From positions 2,368,001-2,432,000 of the forward strand of contig OZ244587.1 of assembly GCA_965218095.1 (NCBI GenBank): DNA of 64,000 nucleotides. The letters are read 5' to 3'. Both the position numbers and the translations under genes were made by a program. The number at the start of each line of letters is the position of its first letter. Positions within the stretch are counted from its first letter, which is position 1. The notes beneath the pieces are model-generated. The model searched no databases, was not told where the DNA came from, and saw nothing but the letters and a program-made list of their open reading frames with translations. The DNA is from Candidatus Poribacteria bacterium. GTDB lineage: Bacteria > Poribacteria > WGA-4E > PCPOR2b. Shown here one piece after another: positions 44,665 to 54,350 of this stretch.

Positions 44665-45843
44665 TTAAGTATCTTGATGTGCGAGCAAATACGATTCTTT
44701 CAAGTGTTGGGAATCTATTTTTCGTTCGCGCGGAAGGTAGATTGCGACTTGAAGCCCTATTCCATGCAAGTACTTGCACATGAGCGGTCCCACATCAGCC
44801 CAGTCCAAATTACCCAATCCACAACCCAGAGCTGGCATCGCTAGAGATTGAATTCCCTCCTCTTTAAAGTTTCTTTTCACCCAGTCCAACCCACCTTCGA
44901 TGTCCTCCAAGCGCGAGTTTTCCCGCCACTTCCGCTTCGTTGCAAAAAGTAAAAACCACTTCACAGCATTAGGAGTCGAAAGCGATAAGCTTAGGTCTGC
45001 CAACTCTTGATCCAATGAAGTCTCGCGCTTATACAGATAAGGTTGTCTCGCTCTAATCTTCTTAACACGACATGCATCCTGATAAACGACATAGACATCA
45101 GGGAATTGATACTTCGCTCGTGATGCCAATCCCTTTCCCATTATTCCCTGAAGGTTTACGCTGATCGTCAATGTTTGCATGGTGGAGAAGAACATATCGC
45201 CGTCAACTAGGGAAATGTTGCTTCCAATCTGAGTTTTAGATCTTGGTTGAAAGAACATGTGAGGTTCTGGAACGATAGAGATTTGGCGGTTACCAACAAT
45301 CTGCTTCACCCGATCTCTTGTCGCATTGTTGGCGACGAAAAGCGAATGAATATGGTCTGGCTTGACTTGGATGGGGACTAAACATTCTGCCATGATTTTG
45401 CGCTTGGAACCGTCACCTTCATTCCACCAATCGTTCTGAATGATCGCCCACTGCTCCTGAAGCATTGTTAGTCCTTCGGATTGGGAGTAAAATCGCGTTG
45501 GATCGTTGGCTGCATTGCCGTCTGTGATAACAACATCTTGTTCTTGCAACACCTTGCTCAAGACACCAACAACGACAAGATTCTCTTTCTCTTTTTCATG
45601 GACAACGCAATACATCATTGGGTTACGAGGTTGAAAGTATAGGTTGGCGTAATCCCAGAGGCTTTTTCCGTCCGGCGTGGATTTGTCCTTGCGTCTGCTG
45701 ACGATGTCTTTGTTATAAATTGGAGTGGAGGGCACATTTAGTTCTTCGATTCTTGTGTGAGAAAGGATTCCTTCGTCAAGGATGGGTGGTAGGTTGTCTA
45801 TGTGAGTAATGTAGTAAAGTTCCACTAGGTCGAACGTTCTCAT
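44665..45843 (-). CDS. DarT (DUF4433) DNA ADP-ribosyltransferase fused to a DarG-type macrodomain
   Basis: LYYITHIDNL, YANLYFQPRNPMMY, TDGNAA, MAECLV, then GDMF..VNLQGIMGKGLA, ATKRKWR, PALGCGLG. Confidence 0.88.
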   Translation of the reverse strand: MRTFDLVELYYITHIDNLPPILDEGILSHTRIEELNVPSTPIYNKDIVSRRKDKSTPDGKSLWDYANLYFQPRNPMMYCVVHEKEKENLVVVGVLSKVLQEQDVVITDGNAANDPTRFYSQSEGLTMLQEQWAIIQNDWWNEGDGSKRKIMAECLVPIQVKPDHIHSLFVANNATRDRVKQIVGNRQISIVPEPHMFFQPRSKTQIGSNISLVDGDMFFSTMQTLTISVNLQGIMGKGLASRAKYQFPDVYVVYQDACRVKKIRARQPYLYKRETSLDQELADLSLSLSTPNAVKWFLLFATKRKWRENSRLEDIEGGLDWVKRNFKEEGIQSLAMPALGCGLGNLDWADVGPLMCKYLHGIGLQVAIYLPRERKIDSQHLKESYLLAHQDT

Positions 45844-45857
45844 GGCTGCTCTCCTTC

Positions 45858-45981
45858 CGATAACAACGTTTAACTCGCAACAGGGGGTTGCCTTCTATGC
45901 CAGACAAACTAACCCGCCACAACTCCAAAAACATTGATAAAATCACAGCTCCCTACCGTCGACTGCAACGACCGGTTAGGC
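45858..45981 (-). mobile_element. attC-like integron recombination site 2
   Basis: Minus strand GCCTAAC-cggtcg-TTGCAGTCGACGGTAGGG...CCCCCTGTTGCG...GTTATCG, followed by RBS and the darTG ATG; shares internal CATTGATAAAA.CACA with site 1. Confidence 0.65.
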
Positions 45982-46393
45982 ATGTTCTTTTGTTTGATAT
46001 TTTTCTTCTATTTCACGAATGAAAAGATCTACGGAATAAGTCGTTACAGGCTTTTAAATAAAACGCAAGGACACCAGGACGCTAAGACGCAAAGAAAAGC
46101 ATAAAGAATCCCTCCAACCTCCCCTTCGTAAGGGGAGGCTTGCGACTCTGCGTCTTGGCGACTTTGCGTTAAATTAAGAAAAAAGCCCCTATCTACTCAT
46201 TGCGTTTTAAAATCCACAAAAGCAATTCCCTCAAATTATACTCGATTTCTGCTGAGAAAAAAAACGCAATTTTATCCGACACCGGGTATAATTACTCACC
46301 AACTTGGTATAGTATACCCCATTCAGTAACAAAAGCCAACCTGATTTTAACAATTGTGAAATAAAACTAAACCGATGAATACTTTCCTCCTGA

Positions 46394-47602
46394 TTACGCC
46401 TCCGTCACTTTTTCAACAATTGCGCCGGTTTCTTTGTCCCTCATAATGTGCTTCAGCCGACCATCGGGCATCCGCTCCTCTTTAATCAGGGCATATTGCT
46501 GATCAACCTCAGTCGCAGAGACGCTCACATCCCCTGCCTCAGTTTCTCCACGCCACACTTCCAACTCCACCGGCTCCCACCGTTTCGATTTCGCGGATCG
46601 GTAACAAACGTCAATGATGGCGTTGACAACATAACCATCGTAGAAGGTTTCCATCGGCTCTGCGCCGTTGTCCAAAGCGTTGAGCATTTCAATGAACATA
46701 TCGCGATAGCCAAGTTCCCCAACTTCATCGCCGACGGGGAAAAGCCAGCCTGTATCGCCTTCCGCCTTTTCGGCGACGTAGCCCTCCTGTCCGACCGCCG
46801 TGAACATCTCCAGCCCTGTCCGCAGCCAGTGATTGAGCCAGATTGTGCCTTCCGTGCCGGAGACTTCGTCGCGTAGATCCATGCCGCCGCGGAACGCCCA
46901 ACCGACCTCAAACTGCCCCATTGCGCCGCTCTCAAATTTTATCAGGGCGACGCCGTGGTCTTCCGCCTCGACGGGATGAACGAGGGTATCCGCCCAACAC
47001 ATCACCTCAAGGGGCTTGTTATCCTTCCCGACAAAGTTGCGAATAATCTCAATGCAGTGGCAGCCCATGTCAACGATGGCGCCGCCGCCTGCCTGTTCAA
47101 TGTCCCAGAACCAGTCGCTGTGGGGTCCCGGATGGGTTTCACGGGAGCGCACCCACAGGACTCTGCCGACGGCGCCGTTCTTGACCGACTCAAGGGCTTT
47201 GAGCGTCTTCGGCGGATAAACCAGATCTTCGAGATAGCCATGAAAGACGCCGGCGTTTTCAACCGCATTGAGCATGGCTTTGGCTTCAGTCGCGTTGCGC
47301 CCCAAAGGTTTCGTGCACAGAATAGCCTTCCCCGCTTCAGCCGCCATCACAACCGCTTCCTCGTGTAGATTGTTGGGCAGGCCGATGATAACCACATCGG
47401 TCTCCGGGTTGCTAATCGCCTCCGCGAGATTAGTCGTCCATTTGGGAATGCCCCATTCTTCGGCGAAATGCTTCACTCGCTCCTCGGTGCGCGAGTACAC
47501 AACGTGAACTCGGTCGCGGCTTCGCTGACCGTGAAGCGTCATCGTATAGAACATGCCGATGAGTCCTGTCCCCAACATTGTTACCTTGTGTGTTTTGTCC
47601 AT
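46394..47602 (-). CDS. Gfo/Idh/MocA family oxidoreductase
   Basis: [24 protein letters not shown]. Confidence 0.9.
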   Translation of the reverse strand: MDKTHKVTMLGTGLIGMFYTMTLHGQRSRDRVHVVYSRTEERVKHFAEEWGIPKWTTNLAEAISNPETDVVIIGLPNNLHEEAVVMAAEAGKAILCTKPLGRNATEAKAMLNAVENAGVFHGYLEDLVYPPKTLKALESVKNGAVGRVLWVRSRETHPGPHSDWFWDIEQAGGGAIVDMGCHCIEIIRNFVGKDNKPLEVMCWADTLVHPVEAEDHGVALIKFESGAMGQFEVGWAFRGGMDLRDEVSGTEGTIWLNHWLRTGLEMFTAVGQEGYVAEKAEGDTGWLFPVGDEVGELGYRDMFIEMLNALDNGAEPMETFYDGYVVNAIIDVCYRSAKSKRWEPVELEVWRGETEAGDVSVSATEVDQQYALIKEERMPDGRLKHIMRDKETGAIVEKVTEA

Positions 47603-47926
47603 TATCGTCCTCCTCCTCTGATACCAATTCTTGGTTGATATTCCGAAATCTGAATCAATTGGATATAGTCAGTAATCCTCAAACCTGCTCAATCAGAATT
47701 GGCAAATCCCGATTTCTCCGATGGATTTGCCAATTGCTTGCATCCCGATCAAAGATCGGGGCCATCGGGAGCATTTACGGAGCACTGATACCGATAGTAT
47801 AAAAGAGGGCGCCCTTTGATTCAACTAAAAAATCGGCGAGGAGATAGCTTCCACTGCCAATTTTCCGCGTGACATCGGTATTGATTTTTGCTAAAATAGG
47901 CGAAATTCTTACATGGGAGGGGTAAC

Positions 47927-49454
47927 ATGGAACAAAGCAGCACAGATGTGAGTCAGCAGCAAGCAGAAAAAGTCGATGGCGGCTGTCTGCCAGATAGATT
48001 GGGAGGCCGCGGATTTACCTACGCCCCCACCTTACCGCTTCAGTCGCGCTTTTCGGAGCATTCTGGGGCCGGGGATTATCGCGTTAGGCGGATCGATCGG
48101 CAGCGGTGAATGGCTGCTGGGTCCGGCGATCACGGCGCAGTACGGCGGGCGTCTCCTTTGGATCGCGACAATCGCTATCCTGCTCCAATCTTTCATCAAC
48201 ACAGAAGCGATCCGCTACACCCTCTACACAGGCGAACCGGTGTTCAGCGGTTATATGCGATGCAAACCGGGATCACGGTTCTGGGCATTTTTCTATCTGA
48301 TTGTGGATTTTTTCGGGATGTGGCCGGGGTGGGCGGCAACTGCCGCGACAGCCATCGCTGCTGCATGGCTCGGGTATATGCCACAGGAGGCCGATCAGAA
48401 CACAGTTCGGGTTTTCGCGTATTTGACATTTTTTGCCTGTCTGGGGATTGTCCTGTTTGGCAGAAAAATTTACAATGCCCTTGAAAAGGTTCAACTTTTC
48501 ATAGTGATCTGGATCATTGGCTATCTTGTTTTGATCGATCTGTTTATGGTGCCGCCCAAAGTTTGGTGGACGGTCATCAAGGGCTTCCTTAGCTTTGGCG
48601 CTCTGCCGTCGCAAGGAGAAGGTGGCGGGGGGATCGATTGGCTGTTGCTTGGAGCTTTCGCGGCTTACGCCGGTAGTGGCGGATTAGGGAACGTCACTAT
48701 CAGTAACTACGTCCGTGACAAAGGGTGGGGTATGAGCAGCTTGGTTGGAGCGATTCCCTCCATAATCGGGGGGCAGCAGGTAACTTTATCGCACCTTGGC
48801 AAAGTGTTTCGGATCACGCCTGAAAACCTGGAACGCTTCCGTGAATGGTGGAAATACAATCGTTTCGAGCAATATTGTATCTGGGTTATCGGTTGCTTCA
48901 TCGGTATGGCTCTGCCTGCGATGTTGACGATTGCCTTCGTCCCAGCAGGACAGTCGATGAGTAATTGGTCAGCAGCGGCATTTCAAGCCGAGGGGCTTGC
49001 TGAAAAAGGCTGTCAAATCTTGTGGTATCTCACGCTGTTGTGTGGGTTTTGGGTTCTTTTTTCAACCTAGTTGGGCGGTGTGGACGCCGTACCTCGTCGC
49101 TACACGGACATCATCTGGACGGGGTTTTCAAGAGCGCGAAAACTGGAGGAGCATAACGCCAAATGGATCTACTATCCCATTGTCGTCGCTTACATCTTGT
49201 GGGGGGTGATTGCGCTGTATCTTGTGCAGCCATTTTTCATGATCCTGGTCTTGGCGACAATTGGCGGCTACCTGCTGGTGATTACCGCCCTGCATACCCT
49301 TTACGTCAACCGAAAATTTCTACCGAAAGAGATTCAACCACCCCTCTGGCGTCAGATTGGACTTGTCTTGTGCACGGGATTCTACACCATCTTTGGCACG
49401 TTGACCGTGATTCAGAAGGTGATTCCTAAGCTGATTTCTCTTATGTCGGGATAA
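47927..49454 (+). pseudogene. Nramp/APC-family membrane transporter, two lesions
   Basis: LGPGII..GSIGSGEW and many TM helices; 4-bp AGAT duplication at 47992-47999 shifts the frame; in-frame TAG at 49068-49070. Confidence 0.85.
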
Positions 49455-49608
49455 CCAGAACCTCCGCCGATTGAAGGCGATTGTACAATTACCTCCTGTC
49501 TGGATGCAAAGGGGCCTGGCCCCCAAGTCCAACTACCTCAAGTGACAGCGTCGAACGACCAAGACCAGGCACCTCAGTTGCACTACAAGCAATCAGCCCG
49601 CGTCAACA

Positions 49609-51033
49609 TCATGATGGGGAGACGTACACGGCGTACACGCGGATGTCCTCTGGCCTCAAACCCACATAGTTCACCCTGACGCGGATCGGCCCATCGATCC
49701 TAGCGAGGTTCTCTGCGTCGCGCCATGCAACCGCCTGCTTGAACCCCGATTCTGCGACGGGGACACAGGCTTCCCCTGAATAGCCCGGTATCACCCGGAA
49801 CTGCTCGTCGCAGATCTCGACCTTCAAGAAGCTGTTCTCCGAAAGCCCGTCAGCATTGACGAACACCCGACAACCTGCTTCCTCAAGATCTATCGGGCAT
49901 GAGATAAAATGCGGCGCCTCCAACATCTTCACCGACGGTCTCCTTGGCCAATACACCTCGTAGTATCCCAACCGGTCACGGGGCCACGTGGCCAAACGAA
50001 CTTGACCCTGCCCCCACAGCTCGTACCAGAACAGGGTCTGCTCACCGACGTTCTCGAAACCCTGCCCCTGCGCCAACGTGCAGTTACCCCTGGTCGTATC
50101 ATAGTACCCACCGCTGGTACTCTCAGGCTCCTCGTAGGCGGGGACGATCTTGAAATCGGGAATGGGCTCCCTGAAGTGGGTCGCGTCATCGCTGACAACA
50201 AGCCCCAGGTCCATCGTCACAAAACGGCGGTCATCGGTCTCGTGTCCATGCCACATCCCGTAGAAACCGATGATCACGTTGCCCCGGTCCCAAAGGCTAG
50301 CACCCAGGTGAACCTGCTCACCGACATTCCATCCGGTCCTGTCTTCCTCGCCGCCCCTGTACCGTGACGGTACCGCGCCCCTTTGGAAGCCGAGGGCCGT
50401 GGCCTCAGTCCAGTTCTCGAAATCGTAGGACATGTGTGTCACCATCTGTCTGAGGTCCCCCGGCCTTGGCCAGGAGCACTGACCGTTGACGTAGTAGCAC
50501 CCATTGAATTTGATGAGCCCACTCTGCTCAAAGAGGTGCTTAGTGACCGGGTTGTGGGGCGACTCTTTCCAGTGTAGCCCGTCTGGACTGAAGGCAACAG
50601 CGAGACGGTTCCCATACTTGCGGGACTCGAAGGCCATCTTGAAGTGTCGATCCGGGTCGGGATCCTCCGGGTCGTAGATGAGGGGAACCGCGATGACGGA
50701 GTAATCACCGATAGGCAAGTCTACCAAGTTGTTCTCAGTGCTTCCACCGTATTCCACAAGACCCAGTGCGGGTTTCTCCCAATGGATACCATCCTGGCTC
50801 ACGGCGTAACACACGCGAGTTACCTCGTCCTGGTCGCCAAGACCGAAGTACCACATCCTGAGCTCCCCATCAATGCGGATCACTGTCCCGTAGTATCGTA
50901 CTTTCCTACAGTCGGGGTCGCCGGGCTTCCCCGGCGGCAGGACGATTCCCTGACGCTCACCCTGTATCAGTCCCAACTGTAAACCATAGGTCAGTGGAAT
51001 GCTGTAATCGTCAAACGGAAACAGAGCTACCAT
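49609..51033 (-). CDS. Five-bladed beta-propeller glycoside hydrolase-like protein (GH32/43/130 clan)
   Basis: Asp-box-like SQDGIHW, SPDGLHW, SYDFENW, SDDATHF. Confidence 0.65.
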   Translation of the reverse strand: MVALFPFDDYSIPLTYGLQLGLIQGERQGIVLPPGKPGDPDCRKVRYYGTVIRIDGELRMWYFGLGDQDEVTRVCYAVSQDGIHWEKPALGLVEYGGSTENNLVDLPIGDYSVIAVPLIYDPEDPDPDRHFKMAFESRKYGNRLAVAFSPDGLHWKESPHNPVTKHLFEQSGLIKFNGCYYVNGQCSWPRPGDLRQMVTHMSYDFENWTEATALGFQRGAVPSRYRGGEEDRTGWNVGEQVHLGASLWDRGNVIIGFYGMWHGHETDDRRFVTMDLGLVVSDDATHFREPIPDFKIVPAYEEPESTSGGYYDTTRGNCTLAQGQGFENVGEQTLFWYELWGQGQVRLATWPRDRLGYYEVYWPRRPSVKMLEAPHFISCPIDLEEAGCRVFVNADGLSENSFLKVEICDEQFRVIPGYSGEACVPVAESGFKQAVAWRDAENLARIDGPIRVRVNYVGLRPEDIRVYAVYVSPS

Positions 51034-51437
51034 TTTTCTATCCCTCCTTTGCGTGATCTATACACGGCTCTCCCACAGCCTTGTCGAGCATTGCACCACG
51101 CAAATACCAGACAAGAAGTTGAGTTATCACAGCGTTTGCTGACTTTCTTTACTCTTTTACGATAGCCAAACCTCGACCGAAATTAGAGCGGATTTTCATG
51201 TGCAAATCTCTTCGGGTGCAAAATTTCATCAATGTGCCTGCGACCTATACTGCAAACGGTCACAAATGACGCATCTGACATTTATGCCCTATCGCAGTAT
51301 GTTATACAGTTTCGGCAATTCAGACTTGAACTCAAGTTGAAATTGAAGAAAGTCCGCCTTCATCAAGGGAGTAACATTATAGCACGATTGCCAAAAAAGG
51401 TAAATAGAAAAAAGTGTACGGTACAGAGATACAGGAT

Positions 51438-52199
51438 TCACGTGCATTTTGCATCCTGCATCTTGTTTTGATCCGCATGATTTTCGATTATCGTGTTGAG
51501 GGTGATTAGATGGGCTTCGACACGATGCGCCATCGGTAGTTCGGTCGGGGTTTCGGCAGTAATGAAATGATCTGTATGTTGCTGAAACAGGACAACAGAA
51601 AGTCTACCCTCTCCCGGTGCTGTCTCCAGGTCGGGGACGGGCTGGAGGACCCCCTCCACCGCTGGTGCCCCCTCGATACAGGGATTCGTATTCACAGGGC
51701 AGGCAGTGGAAACACGGCGGATAAGTTCTCGACCGATGCATGGCGCCCCACGTCGTCTTTCGTACATGTAGTAACCGGGACTTTCCCAGTCCTCGTGCAG
51801 GTCTATAGCTCCCTCAAACCAGCGATTGTTGATGAGATGACGGAAGCACTCGACCTCCAGAACATCGTTCTTACCGAACGCTCGGTTAATGTCAATATCC
51901 TGCCGGTTGTGCCGGGTGTCGTGAACATAGCCATAGGGATTGAGACACGGGATAACTTCAAAGCGGAAGGCCTTCAACAACGAACTGTGGTCTTGATTCA
52001 GGAAAACCAACGCCGCTGCCACCCCTGTGGGCTCGTCTCCGTGTGTGCCTGCGTTGATGAGTATTGTCGGGAGCCCATCGTTGGAAGAAAGGGTCAGGCA
52101 GAAAATCGGATATCCCTCGACCTGACCGAGGATGCGGCGATGGATATAGGGTTGGTTCAGCGCGTCGATCCGACGCACGATGTCGTCGTAATTTCGCAT
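51438..52199 (-). CDS. M14 metallocarboxypeptidase / succinylglutamate desuccinylase family
   Basis: AGTHGDEP, NPYG, DINR, IDLHED. Confidence 0.85.
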   Translation of the reverse strand: MRNYDDIVRRIDALNQPYIHRRILGQVEGYPIFCLTLSSNDGLPTILINAGTHGDEPTGVAAALVFLNQDHSSLLKAFRFEVIPCLNPYGYVHDTRHNRQDIDINRAFGKNDVLEVECFRHLINNRWFEGAIDLHEDWESPGYYMYERRRGAPCIGRELIRRVSTACPVNTNPCIEGAPAVEGVLQPVPDLETAPGEGRLSVVLFQQHTDHFITAETPTELPMAHRVEAHLITLNTIIENHADQNKMQDAKCT

Positions 52200-52505
52200 A
52201 AGCTTGGCATTGAGAAATTAGGCATTAGGTTGACTTTGTTACATTTGCCCCCGGCCCCCAATTCCCCGATGGATCGGGGCAGGTCCCGATGTTTCGCATC
52301 GTGGATTCTCGGTGCGGAGCACCGGAACTTCAGGAGTTTTTGCGATTCTCCCAAAGTTGGAGGGATTGAGGAGGCCGGGAGCCGGGGGGCAAGTCGAAGA
52401 CTCCCGGTCGGAGACCGGAGCCACCAGTGGATCTGCCGATGACCTCTTTTAATCTAACAAAGTCAAGTTAGGTGTTCGTTGTCCTAATGCCCAATGCCTA
52501 ACTCT

Positions 52506-53174
52506 TCACGGCGAAAGTCGCTCAATCCGCCAATCTACGTCTGGCTGACGGGTGCAGCGGAGGCAATCATGCAGACGGCTGGGGCGACCTTGCCAGAACT
52601 CAAACATATCGGGCGACAGGCGATAACCACCCCAATATGGTGGCAGCGGAATCTCTTTGGCCTGATATGCTTCCGTCAACTGTTTGAATCTGTCTTCCAG
52701 CACTTTTCGATCAGGAATGACTTCGCCCTGCCTTGACGCCCAGGCCGCCAAACGGCTCGTAATCGGACGGCTTTGAAAGTAACGCTCGGATTCGTCGTGA
52801 GAAATTGTGCTGACCTGTCCGGCGATGCGAATCTGCCGATCGAGTTCACGCCAATAAAAAACGAGCGCTGCATTTGGATTTTCAGCAAGCTCTCGTCCTT
52901 TCTGGCTATCATAATCTGTGTAAAAAACGAAGCCGCGTTCATCAAATCCCCGAAGCACAACCATCCGCGCTGAAGGCATCCCGTTTTTTGTCGCTGTTGC
53001 CAGTGTCATCGCATCCGGCAGATCGAGTTTCGCATCGATCGCCTGTTGAAACCACTTCTCAAACTGCTTGAGAGGATTGGCATCCAGGTCACCCTCATCC
53101 AAGCCAGCATAGGTGTATTCTCTGCGAAGTTCATCCATATTCCGTGCCCTATCTGTATCGATAGCATAATGCAT
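52506..53174 (-). CDS. pdxH: Pyridoxamine 5'-phosphate oxidase
   Basis: AMTLAT, PSARMV, YFQSRP, FEFWQGRPSRLHD, ERLSP. Confidence 0.96.
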   Translation of the reverse strand: MHYAIDTDRARNMDELRREYTYAGLDEGDLDANPLKQFEKWFQQAIDAKLDLPDAMTLATATKNGMPSARMVVLRGFDERGFVFYTDYDSQKGRELAENPNAALVFYWRELDRQIRIAGQVSTISHDESERYFQSRPITSRLAAWASRQGEVIPDRKVLEDRFKQLTEAYQAKEIPLPPYWGGYRLSPDMFEFWQGRPSRLHDCLRCTRQPDVDWRIERLSP

Positions 53175-53183
53175 AACAAGATT

Positions 53184-54278
53184 TCACGTTTTACGTTTCA
53201 CGCTCCGGATCTCCGCAATAATCGCGTCTGTCATTTCGACGGTGCCGACCGTTTTCAGCCCCGGCTGCTGGATATCGACGGTGCGGAACCCTTTGTCGAT
53301 TGCACAGTCAACAGCGTTTTCAATATCCGTAGCCTCCGTATCAAGGTCGAAGGAGTGTCGGAGCAAAAGGGCTGCGGACAAAATCTCCCCAATTGGATTG
53401 GCGACCCCTTGCCCGGCGATGTCCGGCGCGGTGCCGTGAATTGGCTCATAGAAGCCTTGCTTGGTGTAGCCGTAGCTCGCCGATGGACACATGCCGAGTG
53501 AGCCAACCAACACGCCTGCTTCGTCGGTGAGGATGTCTCCGAAGATATTCCCCGTCACCATGACGTCAAACTGACTCGGATTTCGGATGAGGTGATAGGC
53601 ACACGCATCAACCAGAATATGATCCATCTCCACATCGGGATAATCCTGGCCAACCTTTGTCGCAACTTCTCGCCAGAGTTTTGAACTTTCCAGCATGTTT
53701 TCCTTCGCCACAGAGGTTAGTTTTTTAGAGCGCTTTCGTGCGAGTTCAAAACTAGCGCGCACCACACGGTCAATCTCCCGCGTCGTGTAAGAAAGCGTAT
53801 TGCATCCGCGTTCTCCGTCTGCGTGCTTCTCGATGCCGCGTGGCTCGCCGTAGTATAAACCGCCAGCCAACTCACGAATCACGATAAAGTCTAACCCCTC
53901 ACCGATAACCTTGTCCTTAACCGGCATAACGGGTGCCAACGCTTTTCTCCCACGAATTGGGCGAAGGTTCACAAAAAGGTCGAGTTCTTTGCGAATTGTT
54001 CCGACTGCGCGTTCGGGACGTTCTGCGCTCGGTACGTCATCCCACTCCGGTCCCCCCGCCGCACCGAATAAGATTGCGTCGGATCTTCGGCATAGCTCTA
54101 GCGTTTCAGGCGGCAGGGCTGTGCCTTTTTCATCGATCGCACAGCCGCCGAGAAGCCCGTATTCGTAGTCAAAGCGATATCCATATTTATCTTGGATTGT
54201 ATCTAATACCCGAATCGCTTCGGCGGTGACTTCTTGACCAATTCCATCTCCGGGTATTACGGTAATTTTTGCGTTCAT
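53184..54278 (-). CDS. leuB: 3-isopropylmalate dehydrogenase
   Basis: PGDGIGQEV, NLRP, NIFGDILTD, YEPIHGTAPDIAG. Confidence 0.93.
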   Translation of the reverse strand: MNAKITVIPGDGIGQEVTAEAIRVLDTIQDKYGYRFDYEYGLLGGCAIDEKGTALPPETLELCRRSDAILFGAAGGPEWDDVPSAERPERAVGTIRKELDLFVNLRPIRGRKALAPVMPVKDKVIGEGLDFIVIRELAGGLYYGEPRGIEKHADGERGCNTLSYTTREIDRVVRASFELARKRSKKLTSVAKENMLESSKLWREVATKVGQDYPDVEMDHILVDACAYHLIRNPSQFDVMVTGNIFGDILTDEAGVLVGSLGMCPSASYGYTKQGFYEPIHGTAPDIAGQGVANPIGEILSAALLLRHSFDLDTEATDIENAVDCAIDKGFRTVDIQQPGLKTVGTVEMTDAIIAEIRSVKRKT

Positions 54279-54350
54279 TGATTTTTCTCCTTCAAAATCT
54301 CCCACTCTCCTTCTTCAACAACGAGAGGAATAATATCCCCAACAATCTCT

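Noticed and set aside
44594-44670. Third attC site (ACTTAAC...GTTATCT) just after the darTG stop
   Set aside because: L-box pairing is poor and it shows no similarity to the other two sites
51567-52442. 291-aa plus-strand ORF
   Set aside because: Antisense to the M14 peptidase and runs through repeat DNA
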